NCBI RefSeq assembly: GCF_009914755.1
Contig: NC_060931.1
DNA: 64,000 nt
Source of the DNA: the human T2T-CHM13v2.0 reference genome, Homo sapiens
Reading direction: 5' to 3' (one strand)
Shown: positions 62,265-64,000 of the stretch, in pieces
Layout: each line of letters opens with the position of its first letter
Numbering within the stretch: position 1 is the stretch's first letter
Notes under the pieces: generated by a model
What the model saw: the letters and a program-made list of their open reading frames with translations, nothing else
The model's database searches: none
What the model was told of the DNA's origin: nothing
Program-made: the position numbers and the translations under genes

Positions 62265-64000
62265 AGAAAATACATCTTTGAGGTCCAACCTCACTTCACC
62301 TGTCTCACCTGGTTATATATGTTATCTACATAGCTAGTCACTGCAAAAAAAGCTTATTTCCCTATTTCATAGGTATGTAGTAATGAAAAAGTATTCAGAA
62401 AGGTCATTGTACTTCAAAGTTGCTTAACACAATTAAACTTTGTGATGGTTTTCACCATGGAAATATTTGGGATGCACACATATAATTATGTTGTTAGTAT
62501 ATTACTTATTTTCTATAAAAGTTGGCTGACACATATAAATAGATATTCTAAGCTCCTAGGATTTTTAAATATAATCAAAATATTGACTGTTCCTAACATG
62601 CTATAAAGTATGCAAATATTTTAAAATCAATAGAGAGTTTTTATAATTTATTTATTGAAAGACATTGAATTTAAATAATAGTGTGAAAGTATAAAAGGTA
62701 AATTCCATGAGGTCAACCTATACTTAATAAAATTATTTTTACATATATATTGATTTTTACTAATTTAGTAATCTAAGTAAACCCATACTCTCAGCTCAAC
62801 ATTTTAGCTATTTCTAAAAATAGACATGCAGAAAATCACTTTTCCATGAGTTCAAATTCCAGTTTGAACTATGTTAAGAGCTTTTCCCTAATTCATGTTG
62901 ACTGACTATTTGAATGGACATTTTCTAATTGTTTTGTATCTTTTAACTGTTGCACATGATTTCAGAGTACAAATCTCAAAAGAGATTTCACATCTGTTCT
63001 CTGTTCTTTCACTGGTCTTGGCCACACAGATCACATTATAACAATCCCTGCCCCCAAAACGTACATCAGGGATGTTGCTATTTCATTTGTAAGGTTTTAG
63101 GTGAGCCACTCTTACATCATCCAGGTTTGCCTTAGCTGGTTACGTAAGAGGCCACATGGTGAACATAATCCAAGCTTTAAATACTTCAAACTGTAAGAAT
63201 AAATAATTGTTTCTAAGTGAATGACAGAAGTTGGTTTTTTTCTCTCTCTCAATCTATCTTTCTCTCCAGGAATTCCCAATCAAAATGCAATGGTTTCATT
63301 TTCTTTAATTCATCAGTTAGGTCATTTTTGGGTCTGTCTATAAATTTCAATGTAGGGTTACTGCTTACAGAGTTGAGCTTCTAAATGGAAATATTTTTAT
63401 AAGCAGGTTGACCACCCTAACTGATAATTCAATTTAAATGCCATACCCTAAACAATCATCAAATGAATTCAAGTCAGGGAAAAAGTCCAGATGCTCCAGG
63501 AAGCACTGGGGGATCTCTCTCATAACTAACATTTGAACCCATACCTCAAATTTTCAACGGAAGCATGGCTTTGCCTAGAAGTTCCTGTTACCACAACAAT
63601 CATCTAGTAAAACATTTTTCATAAAATACTTTTCAGTAAAAAAATAAACAAGTAAGACTATATGAATCTTATATCTATGTCTCAGAAAGGCAAGCACTTC
63701 TAATAACATCGAGGCTACACTCAGATCCACACATATGATTATTTGACTGATGTTATCATTCAAATAGTCCAAATAAACACTAGCCGCCCGCCCCCCCCCC
63801 CAAAAAAAAAGCTTGTTGCTTTATTTATTTTGCTATAAAAGTTTCACTTAACTTCTACGTGTTTGCTTACATGGACCCCTCAGAGGTTGTCAAAATTAAG
63901 GTATTTGGGATCAGGGCTGGGGTAGTGCACATTCTGTCAGCTTTAATTATAATTTTTGAAACACGCCAAACTCTTTTGTAAACCTCTTTGTTCTTTTTCT

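Overview
AT-rich primate (human-like) genomic DNA lying entirely inside the minus-strand CACNA2D1 gene (voltage-gated calcium channel alpha2delta-1 subunit). I reconstructed 26 coding exons by hand (about exons 13-38 of the 39-exon model, 2016 nt, open and phase-consistent) plus the 57-nt alternative exon 18a. The canonical last exon is not in the window. Splicing oddities include a U12-type intron (6548-6909) and a GC-donor 21-nt microexon (30499-30519). Introns contain Alu, L1 (one twin-primed), L2, MIR, THE1/MLT LTR and hAT DNA-transposon remnants. The main discovery is in the last intron: a hidden in-frame 117-nt candidate alternative terminal exon (4622-4738) encoding a second GPI-signal-like C-terminus, the same length as the canonical one. 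It is followed by a long non-Alu inverted repeat (2178-2995) able to form a roughly 175-bp dsRNA stem that sequesters two AAUAAA signals. Exon numbers, reference protein comparisons and repeat family names are from memory, not from database searches.
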